Shown: positions 51,521-64,000 of the stretch, in pieces
Layout: each line of letters starts with the position of its first letter
How positions within the stretch are numbered: the stretch's first letter is position 1
Assembly (NCBI GenBank): GCA_951406725.2
Contig: OX597821.1
Location: forward strand, 117,676,001-117,740,000
From: Octopus vulgaris
Taxonomy: Eukaryota
Direction: 5' to 3'
Length of the DNA stretch: 64,000 bases
Notes under the pieces: generated by a model
The model's database searches: none
The model's input: the letters and a program-made list of their open reading frames with translations, nothing else
Told to the model about the DNA's origin: nothing
Made by a program: the position numbers and the translations under genes

Positions 51521-52828
51521 ATACGTTCAAGAAAGCTATCTTACAAAGTAATATGTATTTCTGTGGGGAAGAGCTTAAACCATTTCTTTTATGACCTACG
51601 TATTTCTAATTATTAATAATTCTTGCTGAAAGAGACAACTCTACAGGTTTGATCCTTTAAGAATCAGGCTTGTCGAATGCTGTACAAAAAATATATATTA
51701 TTTATTTAACGACGAGTCGTTCAAAACAAAGATATACAAATTAGGCTGTCGACTAAGATATTACACGAATTTATACCGCTTTATATTGTAACTGGATTTT
51801 CTAATTCTTGATTGATGAAGTAAGCCTAGTACATCTTTTCTGAGGAGCGGACAATAAACCGTAAAACAGTCCGCCAGGAGACTCTCCCCCTCTCCCCCCC
51901 ACGTACATATCAAAAGCATGTAAAAACTGCTTACATTCTTATTTCACTCACAGGAAGGCCTTGAAACATTTGAATTTTATGTATTCTGATTCATGCTGTG
52001 TTATACATATTTTCTAAGATTCAGTCCGAACGTTGGAGATGATATTTGTCCTTGGTATGCAGGGATGGTCTTGGATTTGTTGGGGTCTGTGGGATTCCTC
52101 AATTGGACCACAATTAAGGTTCTCCATGGAGGACGGCATCATCATTCATTTTATATGTATTCCATGTATATTCATATTACAAGTTTTTTCTTTCTCTTTC
52201 AATAATTCTGTGTAAATCCCCAGTGACTTTTTCCCTGTTCCCACCCAATATCCCTTAATGGCAAATAACAGAACTACCACACCTGTCTGCTGCTCCGCCT
52301 CCTTATCGTCATTAGTGTGCACTTAACTAATCAACCAATTAATCGTTCGATTGTTTGAAAAAAAAAAAAAACGATTGATTAATCAGTTAATTTACCAATC
52401 AGCTGGTTTGCCAAAATCCTTTTGACGCCATTCCAGGCCTCACACGGTCTCATTGCTCCAAGTTTTTTCTCAGCATTGTAACAGAGCTGGAGCACCGAGA
52501 GGCCGTCATTGATAACGTCTCGAATGGAAATGAAAATTAAAACTCGGACCAACTAACTGATCGATTGAGTGATCAAACGATCAATTATGCAATTAATTAT
52601 TCAGTTGGTTAATCAGTTGGCATGTTCACTAATAATTATATAATATAAACACTGCCTGTGTTTTTATTCGCAAAATAACCTCTCAAGATACGACAATATG
52701 TTTCAATACAGGATTTCAAATGAAGAGTTTTTGGAAACAAATATAAAAAAGACATGCATTCATACATACGTACATGCACGCGCACACACACACACACACA
52801 TACACATACATATATATATATACACACA

Positions 52829-52872
<44 letters not shown>

Positions 52873-53049
52873 AAAAGGTTTTGCAAATGAAGTTTTGACA
52901 CAGTCACAATACTTGAAGAAAGATTTTCTTAAATTATTAATTATTAATTAAATAAAATGCTTTAAAATGCAATGACGCGAAGTTTGGGGATGAAAGTTTT
53001 CCTATTGCTTGTTAGCGCTTTCGCTGTTCACAGTTTTTCAAACACTTTG

Positions 53050-53760
53050 TTGTGCAATAATCCGTATAGAGGAAGTTGCTTTTAATAGTGATGTGGACTA
53101 TTTCCGGTTTACTTTGTATTTAAAATTCTTATAAAGTATTCTTCTTTTGTCTTTCGAAGTTGATCATTTTGAAAAAAAAAGGAAATATTTTGCATTTGAC
53201 ATTTGCACAAATGTCTTCATGGTTACAACATGGAACGTTTCTGAGAGATATATCCTTGATTTCTTGTTTATGCATTTTAACGTGATCTATCAATTTAGAT
53301 CCTTTATTTCTGTTCAGGTGGATGAAAATGTCATCGAAGAATCTTTTCCAGTTTCCTTTTAAATAGGATTGGAAATGCTGACCAAAAATAATTCCGGATA
53401 AGGCATACTTTTTCTTCAAAGAATTTCATTATTAGTGTTGCAAAACATTGGTGCAATTTTTGTATCTGTTGCTGTTTTGTATTTGTAGATAATACTGGTT
53501 ACCAAAGAAAAAGCAGTTTTCTCGTACCAATCATAATTTTTCCTGAATTCTGTGTAGGTATTTATCTGGAAACTTATTACTTCCAATCCAGAAGTTGAAC
53601 CCAGCATTTGGGATACAGTTCTCATTCTATCACGGATGTAGGATAACCCCAAAAAATCAGCAAATTTCGACTGTCTTGAAAAGAATCGTTCCTAATATAC
53701 AAAAAATACGGTAGAGTCAAGTCTGTTGTCAATCTTTTATCACAGGTTTGCTAGGTCGGA
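53050..53760 (-). mobile_element. Degenerate Penelope-like GIY-YIG remnant
   Basis: KLIDHVKMHKQEIKDISLRNVPCCNHEDICANVKCKIFPFFKM-like stretch parallels the element at 9500-10400; interrupted by stops. Confidence 0.55.
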
Positions 53761-53941
53761 GTCTTATGCGGGTCTAAACAACATCGTCAACAACGACACT
53801 AAATGATGTAATCAACCGACCAGCAAACAACGGACTGAGATAGTTGGTGAGGGTAGGAAGGATAATAATTCCTTTCTGTTGCAATCTACTGTGACAAGCA
53901 ACACGACGTAGAAGGATCGTGGTAGTCATTGTGGTAGTAAC

Positions 53942-53990
<49 letters not shown>

Positions 53991-54697
53991 ATCGCGCTCT
54001 CTCTCTATCGCTCTCTCTCTCTCTGGTCGTTGGTTTTGCGGTCCTGTTGTTGTGGTTATTGTAAAACTCGTTGCATTCGTTGTTGGTGTTGTAGTTATTG
54101 TTGTAGCAGTTTCTACGTCCCATATATGTCATATACGGTATATATGTATTAAGGTGACCTCCCTCCCTCCCTTCCTTCCTTTCTCTTTCTCTGTCTCCCC
54201 AAACCGTTATTTGTCACATAACTGTCAATGGAGACGCTTCAGACAGTTCGTAGAAGTGGCGGGTGAGTGAAAGTGGTAGTGAATGGTTTAGGGAGGAGTT
54301 GGAGGGGAGAGAGAGAGAGAGGAAGAGAGAGAGAGAGATGGAAGGTGAGGACCAGAACGAAAGTGAGGGTCAGGGAGAGGGGAAGAGATGGTGGAATGTG
54401 TGGGTGCGGGTGCTCACATGAGAGATGGAAAGTGGTAGAGATTAAGGGAAAACGTGTGAGTATGCGTGCTTGCGTGTGTGTGTGTGACAGAGAAAGAAAG
54501 AGAGAGAAAGTGAGGAAGGAAAGCGATAGATAGATGAAATGGGAGAGGGAAAGAAACAGAGTACGCGCGCGCGTATGTGTGAAAGAAAGAGGGAGAGAGA
54601 GAGAGAGAGAAAGCACTAGAGAAGAAGTGACAGTGATTAAGAAAGTCATAGGAAGATAGATGCAGAAAGTGTGTGAGATAGATAGATAGATAGATAC

Positions 54698-54779
<82 letters not shown>

Positions 54780-55154
54780 AAGTGAATGAGAGAAAACTAT
54801 ATAAAAAGAAACGGAGAGAGGGAGAGAAAAAGAAAGGGAAGAGAAATAAAAAAAAAGTGTGACAAAGCGAATAACCTGGAAAGAGAAATAGAATAAGATT
54901 AAGATGAAGAAGAGATTTGCGAAGGCGAAAGGGAGGAAGAAGAACAAATTAAAATGGTTGTCCTTTATGATGCAGTATTTATTTGTTGTTGGTTTTGTTT
55001 GTTTGTGTTTTTGGTAATTATATTTTGTTGTTTAGTTTACCTTTCAAAGTTTGTTTCGTGAAATGAAGAGATGTGTTTTGGATGAAGGATTTAAAACCCT
55101 ATTAAAGGAGCGGAATATATCGAGAAGTGAGATGCCCAAACGCCAGTGTACCTA

Positions 55155-55190
<36 letters not shown>

Positions 55191-55264
55191 CCTACCTACC
55201 TCTCTTTTTACATATATACGATACATCAATGTTTGTATGTATGTGTGTATGTGTGTATAAGAAA

Positions 55265-55635
55265 TCTCTCTATATATAAACGGCAGTTTGTCTGTGTGTG
55301 TTTCTGTGTGTCTGTCAGGTTGTACCCTCACCCTGACCACGGCTTTCAACCGATTCTGATGAAACTTGACACACACATAGCCCAATGTCATAATTCAAAA
55401 CTAACGCAGCGAAAATTTTGAAAAGTTCCCCCAGTTCTGAAAAAAATCGATAAATTCGACATGGGGTCAACAATCAGAAACACAAACCACAGACTGTCTA
55501 GGGGACGCAACTCGACCTTTTTAACTAAAAAAAAATTTACCATCATTTTTCTTCCATTTTTTGGCTATAACTCTCTAAAAATGCTTTATAGTTATTTCCC
55601 TTACAAACCCGAGCAACGCCGGGCGATACTGCTAG
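55265..55635 (+). mobile_element. Non-autonomous Helitron (copy 2)
   Basis: Near-identical to 11697-12063; ends CCCGAGCAACGCCGGG...CTAG|T. Confidence 0.8.
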
Positions 55636-55736
55636 TAAACGATGAAAATGCACAGAAAATATAAGAAGATTTATTTTAATTTTAATACACATACATACGT
55701 ACGTAAACACACATATACACACACTTATAGATAGAT

Positions 55737-55801
<65 letters not shown>

Positions 55802-56918
55802 GAAAGCGGTGAGCTCGGGGAATTGTTACCTCGCTGCGGAAAATGCTTAACGGCATTTCGTCCATCATAACGCCCTGAGTTTAAATTCTATCGGTGTCGA
55901 CTTTGCATTTCATCATTTCGGGGTCAATTAAATAGGTACCAGTTGAGCACTAGAGTCGACTGAGTCCTGCCCCGAAACTGCTAGCCTTGCGCAAAAATTT
56001 GAAACCATCTATTATTCCAACGAAAGATTAGATTTGAACCTAACAAGATACTCTACATTTAATCTCCTTTCTTAAGAGCATTTTCATAATTTAGATGAAA
56101 ATCAATAATCGTCATGTGTGTTTTAGGTTCGAATCAACCCTCCATGGCCACGCACCAACGGGGGAAGCTCAACGCAGGTTGAGCGACCGCAACTCACCAA
56201 ATGCATTTTTCAAAATTGGTGCTTTTGGTAAAATGTGTAATCAATGAGTTAAACATTGTTTGGTATGTGTCATGGCGTCTGTTTTTTAAATGCTCGCTTC
56301 CCCTAGCTTTAAAATATGGTTACGGCCCTGGAGGGGACAAAAAAGACAGTTCGCATCGTGAGAGACTTTTAGGGGCAGCATTTTCGAATCTGCTGCATAA
56401 GCTTAGATGGGCTCGAGATCCCGGGGCCAGTGGTGGTGAGAGAAAAAGCGGCGAACTCAGGGGCTGCCTCGGGTGGCACACACTGTCGATACGTCACTGC
56501 ATGTGTATCCATCATGGCTGACTTGCAATTAACAGTAACGAGATGCGAGCTATTTTTATGCAGACAGGCTGTAATGTAATGAAGACGGGGTTTGTGCGTG
56601 ACAATATCATTTCTTGGCGTTAATTAGGCGATCAAAGAAAAAGCAAAAGAAACAAACGGCTGCTTTAAATTGTATTTGTCTTCTACGGCCTGACGTTTTA
56701 AAATGTAAAGCAACTCACCTCCCGATACATTACTGCATAGCATTTGTAAACGTTTCTGGTATTCACCTAGTGACGTGATGGAGTTCGCCAATGTATATTT
56801 ACTCATCTATTTAGTTGAATTTTCCTCACCGTTTTCTAAATCGGGAATGAAACTTGCTTTTCTTCCGTGTGCGTCTGTGCGCGTGTGTATATATATACAT
56901 AACACATACATTCACACA

Positions 56919-57008
<90 letters not shown>

Positions 57009-59053
57009 CCTACCTACCTATACTTGCAAATAAATGTGTTAACATGTGACATTATCGACCGAGGTTACTGTGGTCTTTTCCGTAGACTTTTCTTTGCACG
57101 GATAAACCTCATCTGTTTCCCCCTTTACACTTTATATCATGACATTTCTGTGATACACGATCCCTATTGATCGATTTTTTTTGGTTTCTCTTTCCTTTTT
57201 CTTTCCTTTTACGATCCCTTTTGATCGAAAACCTAGCCCCCTTTTTTTTTCTCCCCCAAAACGAAAAGCTCTACCTTGTAATTTGTCCCGCCTGTGTGCA
57301 GCCCTGTGTGGCTAATGAAGAAACATATCTATGTATCTGTCTGTCTGTCTGTCTCCATACATCATTTGTCTTTCGTCTTTTATCTTTCGTCTTTTATCTT
57401 CTACTTGTTTCAGTCATTAGACTGCGGCCATGCTGGGGCACCACCATGGAAAATTTTTAGTCGATTGAATTGACCTCAGTACTTACTTTTTAATAACACT
57501 GCTACTTAATCTGTTGGTCACTTTTATCGAACCGCAAACACACCAACACCGGTTATCAAATGGTGGTGGGGATGGGGGGCAAACACAAAGACACAAATAT
57601 ATACGTACATACATATACGACGGGCTTCTTTCAGTTTCCGTCAACCAAATCCACTCACAAGGTTTTGGTCGACCCGCGGCTATAGTAGAAGACACTTGCC
57701 CAAGCTGCCACACAGTGGGACTGAACCCGGAAATATATGGTTGGAAAGCAAACGTCTTACTACATAACCACATATGTGTGTGTGTGGGGGGTTGTCTCTC
57801 ACCACTGCTTGACATCCGGTGTTGGTGTGTTTACGTCTCCGTAACATGGTTCGATAAAAGGGACCGATACAATAAGTATCAGGCTTAATAAATTTAAGTC
57901 CTGGGATCGATTCATTTGATTAAAAATTCTTCAAGGCGGTGCCCCAGCATGGCCGCAGTCAAATGATGGAAACAAATGAAAGTGTGATATCTACGATGAT
58001 GCACAGTACAGTGAGCCGTCACTCACGAGCGAGTATGGCTTGGTAACTTAGATAGGTTTCGGCCAGTATAGGCTCAGGCCATGTCTAACTTAATAACACC
58101 ACCTGGTGAAGTCTTTTAGTCATATATGGGGCACCATGGCCCACTCTAGCAAAGAGTTATTATTGTTGGAGACATATCCGGGTGTAGGAGGTTGGTCCGG
58201 GATTTTTTGAAGAAATTTGTCCAGTGAACATTTGAATTTTATGGGATCCATTTCCGTTTTGTACGATGCTTTCGCTAATTGTTGTAGGGGGCGGCGAGCT
58301 GGCAGAAACGTTAGCGCGCCGGGCGAAATGCTTAGCGGTATTTCGTCTGTCGTTACGTTCTGAGTTCAAATTCCGCCGAGGTCGACTTTGCCTTTCATCC
58401 TTTCGGGGTCGATAAATTAAGTACCAGTTACGCATTGGGGTCGATGTAATCGACTTAATACCTATGTCTGTCCTTATTTGTCCCCTCTATGTTTAGCCCC
58501 TTGTGGGTAATAAAGAAATAGGTATTTCGTCTGCCGTTACGTTCTAAGTTCAAATTCCGTCGAAGTCGACTTTGCCTTTCATCCTTTCGGGGTCGATAAA
58601 TAAGGTACCAGTTACGCACTGGGTCGATCTAATCGACTTAATCCCTTTGTCTGTCCTTGTTTGCCCCCTCTATGTTTAGCCCCTTTTGGGTAGTAAAGAA
58701 ATCTATTTAATGGCGACGAGACATCGATACCCTCTGCTCCTTCCCACACACCCATGAGTCAGCGGAGCATCACCGCTCGAGCTAAAAACTGAAACCAGGA
58801 TCTTAGGGGTTATAAGCCAACCGCCTCTCACCACCAGACCACGTGTCTTCAGTACCGGAACGAGCCGACTGGACGCAGCCATGGATTTGGCACGGCTGAC
58901 TGGACATTCACCTCCACTTTGGCCACAGTGCTCTTTGGCGATTCCATTAATAATCGCCACTCGACTAATCTCTCCCGCCACACTACTGCTGATACTGCAA
59001 CCAATACGACGACCACAACCATCCACACCATAGCAAGAACAACAAGCCACTAC

Positions 59054-59695
59054 GGCGAAGTTTCGGTTGTCGTAGCACACGTCGTAGCACACGTTTCCGT
59101 CGATTTCCGTAAAAAACTTTTATTTTTTTACATATGGCTTTGCGGTAATATTTGAAGTAATGAGAGCGAAAGAGACTAAGAGGAAGCGATTTTATGACGA
59201 GGGAATTTCTTTTTGAAGTCCCCGTGTGTGTGTTTGATGGTGTGTGGGGGACAGACAGTATGTTGTGTAAATGAAGTGCTTCTGTTAGTGTGTGCGAAGA
59301 GACAGAGAGAGTAATGTGTGAAAGAGAGAGATAACTGAAATTTTTTACTCGGTGTATGTGTATATGTATGTGTGTGTGTGTATGTATCTATGTGTGTGTA
59401 TGTATGTGTGTGTGTGTGTGTAAGTATGTGTGTGTGTATGTATGTATGGCCGATTCAGTGTAATTTTTTACTCGGTGTATGGGTATATGTATGTCTGCAT
59501 GTATGTGTGTGTGTGTGTATGTATCTATGTATGTGTGTGTGTATGTATGTGTGTGTGTATGTATGTGTGTGTGTATGTATGTATGTATGTATGGCCGATT
59601 CAGTGTTTACATTTTTTACGGAAATCGACGGAGGAAATCGACAATCGACGGAGGAAATCGACGGAAACGTGTGCTACGACAAACGAAACATCACC
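59054..59695. mobile_element. MITE-like element with about 60-85 bp terminal inverted repeats
   Basis: GGCGAAGTTTCGGTTGTCGTAGCACACG...TTTCCGTCGATTTCCGTAAAAAA is mirrored by TTTTTTACGGAAATCGACGG...CGTGTGCTACGACAAACGAAACATCACC; microsatellite interior. Confidence 0.7.
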
Positions 59696-59702
59696 CAAAC
59701 GG

Positions 59703-59745
<43 letters not shown>

Positions 59746-59798
59746 CGCCATTGTCACAACCAACACTAACACCACCACCACCACCACCACCACCATCG

Positions 59799-59852
<54 letters not shown>

Positions 59853-59853
59853 T

Positions 59854-59907
<54 letters not shown>

Positions 59908-61166
59908 GGCGGCCGCCATTGCCACAAACACAACTAATTCCAACACCACCGCCGACGCCGCCACCACCATCATCGATGTCAAAACCTTCACCACCACAAC
60001 TACTACTACTGCTGCTGCTGCTACTATTACTGCTGCTGCTGCTGCTGCTGCTACAGGAAATTACATTTGATTGTAAAGTAAAAGTTGTTTTGAAGCCGGG
60101 CAGTGGTGTAAAAGTTGTGTCTTAGCTGCGACCCAGCCCATTCGAAAACAGAGACGAGGTGCTTGGTATTAGCCAAATACATAAACCTAAATTAGTTCTG
60201 TCTTAATGAAAATAGAATTTTGACAGACTAGATTCAGGTACATTCAGGTAAATTTTGATAGCAAAATATGACAAGTAGTTTTGACAGTTTGTATGTTGTA
60301 AAAGCTAACAGTTGTGAACAAGGCGTTATCTAGTGGAACTGTGAGTTTGGAACACAAACAAGGATTAACACGGCTTTTTAAACATAGCACTGCTAATTTC
60401 ACATCGATGTATCAGAGAGAGGAGAATGAGGAAGGGGTGGAGGTGTATATATGTATTAATATATAGCGGGAGAGAGAGAGAGAGAGAGAGAGAAATGAGC
60501 TAGGTACCATGATGTACAAACATCGATATAAGCATGAATGAAAGAGGAAAAATTGGTTGAGTTAAGGCTGGAGGAAGAACTGAGGAAGGACGCTTCAAAT
60601 ACATAGTCACAGCATACACATGCGTCTATACATGCGTACATACATATATTCATATATACATACGTGCACACACACACACAGTCACATATATGCATACATT
60701 CAAACCCAAGTGATGATGAAAAGTTTAAAGGCGAAAGCAAAGAGACATTTGTGACACTGGAGACTCCTCCACTCCCAACTACCTATTAGTGATGTTAGAG
60801 AAGCGGACTTTATTTTGCAGTTGAAACCGGAACAGGTGCCTCTCTGCTCCCAGCAATTCCTAGTGTCTCGTTAAAATAATAGCATTAGGAATGGAATAGC
60901 TGTGTTGTTACGAACTTCGCTTCACAACTCCGCTGTTTCAGTTTCAATTCCACAAGACGGCATTCAGGGCAAATGTCTTCTAACATAAACTTGAATCAGT
61001 TAAATTTTAGTGGATGAAACTCAATTGACAGAAACTGTGTGGAAGGCTCTTCAAAGAAACTGTTCCGGTTTTCAGTGCGATGGTTAACTTAATCCGGCAT
61101 CCGAGTCATGTTTGCAACCTGCCCATATTTTTTTTTTTTTTAGTGGAATAGTTACAGTTACGGCGT

Positions 61167-61240
61167 GTGTTAGTTCATCTATGCTGTTCCAGAAACTCCC
61201 ATCATTAGGAGTTCCTGGAACAGCAAAGATAAATTAACAT
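61167..61240. other. Isolated 33-bp stem, 8-nt loop hairpin
   Basis: GTGTTAGTTCATCTATGCTGTTCCAGAAACTCC pairs with GGAGTTCCTGGAACAGCAAAGATAAATTAACAT: 28 Watson-Crick pairs, 2 G-U, 3 mismatches. Confidence 0.75.
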
Positions 61241-61479
61241 GGATCCAAAAATCGCCGGAATATAATTCAAAAGCCACAAAGACGATGTTTATTCTACAAT
61301 CACAAGACGAGAAATGCTCGATATGGACACAAATCACATTTCGGCCACTGACTATGCGTAAGATGGGTACTGTTACGGTGTGGGATTTTATTTGGTATCA
61401 TTCATCTGATGGACAAATGCGATAGGTTTGGCATTAAAACCAGATATTTTAATCAGTACCAGTTACAACGGGCAGATAT

Positions 61480-62273
61480 GGGATCTTTTCCTTTTGAACG
61501 GCACTTTTCAACACAATTTCTAGTTAACTAAACACTTTTAAACTTCGTATACTGGTAGAATGTGTTTATAAAACATCATTTTTTCTTGGCTTTATTGAGA
61601 AAATTCTATATGTTGTAAGATATTTCTTTTTTAATTTCGAGCATTTCGGCAATTTTAACCAATCGCTGACCTCCATTTAGGTAAATAAGATTCTGTGAAT
61701 AATGAATATCTCCCTCCTTTAAGAAATAGATTGGGTTTATTTACATTTGTGAAGAAAAAAGATACCCTTCCCCCACCCCTAACCCTAACTCTAACCCTAA
61801 ATCTAAAATAGATTGAAATGCAATAGACCGATACTAGGGTTATAATTATGGGTGTCAATTTCATACGACACCGCTACGGAAAATGGGATTTTTTTCTAGC
61901 GGTGTCAAATGAAAATGTCACCCATAATTATGGCCCTAGTATCGATCTATTGCATTTCAATCTATTTTAGATTTAGGGTTAGGGTTAAGGGTTGGGGAAG
62001 GGTATCTTTTTTTCTTCACAAATGTAAATAAACCCAATCTGTTTCTTAAAGGAGGGACATATTCATTATGCACAAAATGGAGGTCAGGGATTGGTTAAAA
62101 TTGCCGAAATGCACGAAATTAAAGACGAAATATCTTACAACCTATAGAATTTTCTTAATAAAGCCAAGAGAAAATGATGTTTTATAAACACATTCTACCA
62201 GTATACGAAGTTTAAAACATTTTAGTTACCTAGAAATTATGTTACAAAGTGCCGTTCAAAAGGAAAATATCCC
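61480..62273. mobile_element. Head-to-head palindromic pair of the TTAGGG-containing TIR family
   Basis: About 61480-61876 is the reverse complement of about 61897-62273; outer ends GGGATCTTTTCC / GGAAAATATCCC; flanks AGATAT / AGATTT. Confidence 0.8.
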
Positions 62274-62399
62274 AGATTTGTCTCATTAATACAACTTTCA
62301 GAATTCCATTCAAATGAACTGTTACAGTAAATTCATTGAATATTGTAAAGTGCTGGACACAAAGCCAAATGGATAGAAACTATTGTAAATATCTTAATC

Positions 62400-62520
62400 T
62401 GTGAAACTTGAGAAATTTAACAGCAGGTTGTTCAAAGAATTTTATCAACATTTGGCAGTTTGAGCACAGAAGTCCCAACACCACTTAATCCCCATCTAAC
62501 GGCATCTCAGAGAGTGCTTT
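62400..62520 (+). mobile_element. Possible LTR-retrotransposon integrase remnant
   Basis: FINIWQFEHRSPNTT*SPSNGISESA resembles the rve motif F..W.F.H..SSP..P.SNG..ER. Confidence 0.35.
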
Positions 62521-64000
62521 TGTAATACTGGTTTCAAATTTTGGCACAAGGCCAGCAATTTCGAGGAAGGGGATAAATCTATTACATCAATCCCTGAACT
62601 CAACTGGTAGTTATTTTATTGACCCCGAAAGAATGAAAGGCAAAGTCAACCGCGTCGGAATTTGAACTCACAAAGTAAAGACGGACGAAATGCCGCTAAC
62701 CATTTTGCCTGGTGCTGTACCGATTCTGCCAGCTTACCATCTTAAGAGCTGCTGTGATATTGAAATCACTTCTAGTTAAAGCAGGTGACCCATATCGTAT
62801 CCTTTTTGACCAAACTAGTTCGCTTGTTTCGACCAAATAACTGAAATACGGAAGGGCCTGAATCTTACTACCAATCCAAAATTTCTAGTTGACACCTGGT
62901 ATATCTGAGTGCTTACATTCTTATCTCCCAAAAGCTTAGTCCGAGGGAGTGTCAGTTTATTTTATTTTTTTATTATTTTATTGGCCTCGAGAGGATGAAG
63001 GCAAAGTGGTTCTGGGCGGAATTTGACTCAAAACGTAAAGACGAACGAAATACCGCTAAACTTTTTGCCCGGCGTGCTAATGACTCTGCCAGCTCAACGT
63101 CCTTAATTTCCTGTAGAATAACAATTATTTTCTAAGTTTAAATTCAACTGAGGTCAAATTTGCCTTTTTATCCTTTCCGGAGGTCGTTGAAATAAAGTAC
63201 CAGTGAAACACTGAAGCTAATTATAATCAACTTAATCCTTTCCTTCGGTTTCGGGCCTTGGGGGTCTAATTAGAAACAATTATATTTCTCTACTTAACTG
63301 AAGTACAGTCTTTTTTTTTTTTAGGCAGAGAAAGTTGAAAAGAAAACTTTAATGACGATGCTTTTTCCTAAACATGAAAGTGATGCAAGGGAACACTTTG
63401 AAGAGCTTAAAGAAAGAATAGAGTCCAACATTGATAATTTATCATCGAAATACAGCAGTGCCTGTTGCTGTTTGTAATATAAAGTAACATTAAACTGTTC
63501 ATAGTATAGTAATGGGTTGATTCTAAGAAACTATATCAATAATGCACGATTTTAACAGCGAAATGACACTCAGCATTCATCTACGCAATGGCACTCAGCA
63601 TTCTGTTTCTTTATTACCCACAAGGACAGACAAACGGATTAAGTCGATTACATCGATCCCAGTGCGTAACTGGTACTTAATTTATTGACCCCGAAAGGAT
63701 GAAAGGCAAAGTCGACTTTGGCGGAATTTGAACTCAGAACGTAACGGCAGACGAAATACGGCTACGCCTTTCGCCCGGCTGCTAACCACTCTGCCAGCTC
63801 GCCGCCCTAAATAGCACTCAGCATTCATCAATAATAGCATTTAAAAAAACTTTACTACTACTACTGATTTCTTTTATTTATGCAGATGGCCTTTATAAAG
63901 TGGGGGGACACCAGAGGGACAGACAAACGAAGACATAGAAAACACATATCGAATGGACTACGACTGAGAAAAAAGGAGGATGAAATGGCTTACTCGCCCC

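Noticed and set aside
51545-51595. Possible 51-nt phase 1-1 micro-exon (HKRNGLSSSPQKYILL)
   Set aside because: Poor polypyrimidine tract, no LRP-like sequence, and it lies upstream of the better first-exon candidate.
56719-56806. ATG-initiated minus-strand frame ending at a phase-1 gtgagt donor
   Set aside because: The peptide MSKYTLANSITSLGEYQKRLQMLCSNVSG is not signal-like; cannot be supported without transcripts.
58849-59031. Hydrophobic N-terminus MVWMVVVVVLVAVSAVVW as an alternative signal-peptide exon
   Set aside because: Hydrophobicity derives from low-complexity GTN repeats, and the only nearby donor I saw is phase 0, incompatible with exon 37736.
482-60740. Most ORFs in the supplied track (YIYI, THTH, LSIY, poly-L/T/V/N/S)
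   Set aside because: They are translations of microsatellites and SINE bodies, many from non-ATG starts, with no domain content.

Overview
Eukaryotic, AT-rich, repeat-dense animal genomic DNA. The SINE families and extreme microsatellite load resemble octopus/coleoid cephalopod DNA (inference; no database search was run). The only host gene I can support is a large minus-strand, intron-rich LDL-receptor-family gene most similar to LRP2/megalin. I reconstructed by eye 19 GT-AG exons between 37736 and 290 that join in phase into about 1039 codons without a stop: 2 LDLa, 2 EGF, YWTD propeller, EGF, YWTD propeller, EGF, then at least 6 LDLa, continuing off the left edge. A candidate signal-peptide first exon lies at about 50354-50462 next to two CLEAR-like E-boxes, but its best-spliced frame has a TAA at codon 3. 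The rest is transposon-derived (three tRNA-type SINE families; CR1, RTE, Tx1/L1 and R4/Dong LINE fragments; Penelope remnants; mariner, hAT and piggyBac MITEs; Helitrons; a likely solo LTR) or simple repeats. Nearly all ORFs in the supplied track are microsatellite or TE artefacts. No rRNA, genuine tRNA or CRISPR array is present. Repeat boundaries are approximate unless TIRs or TSDs are quoted.
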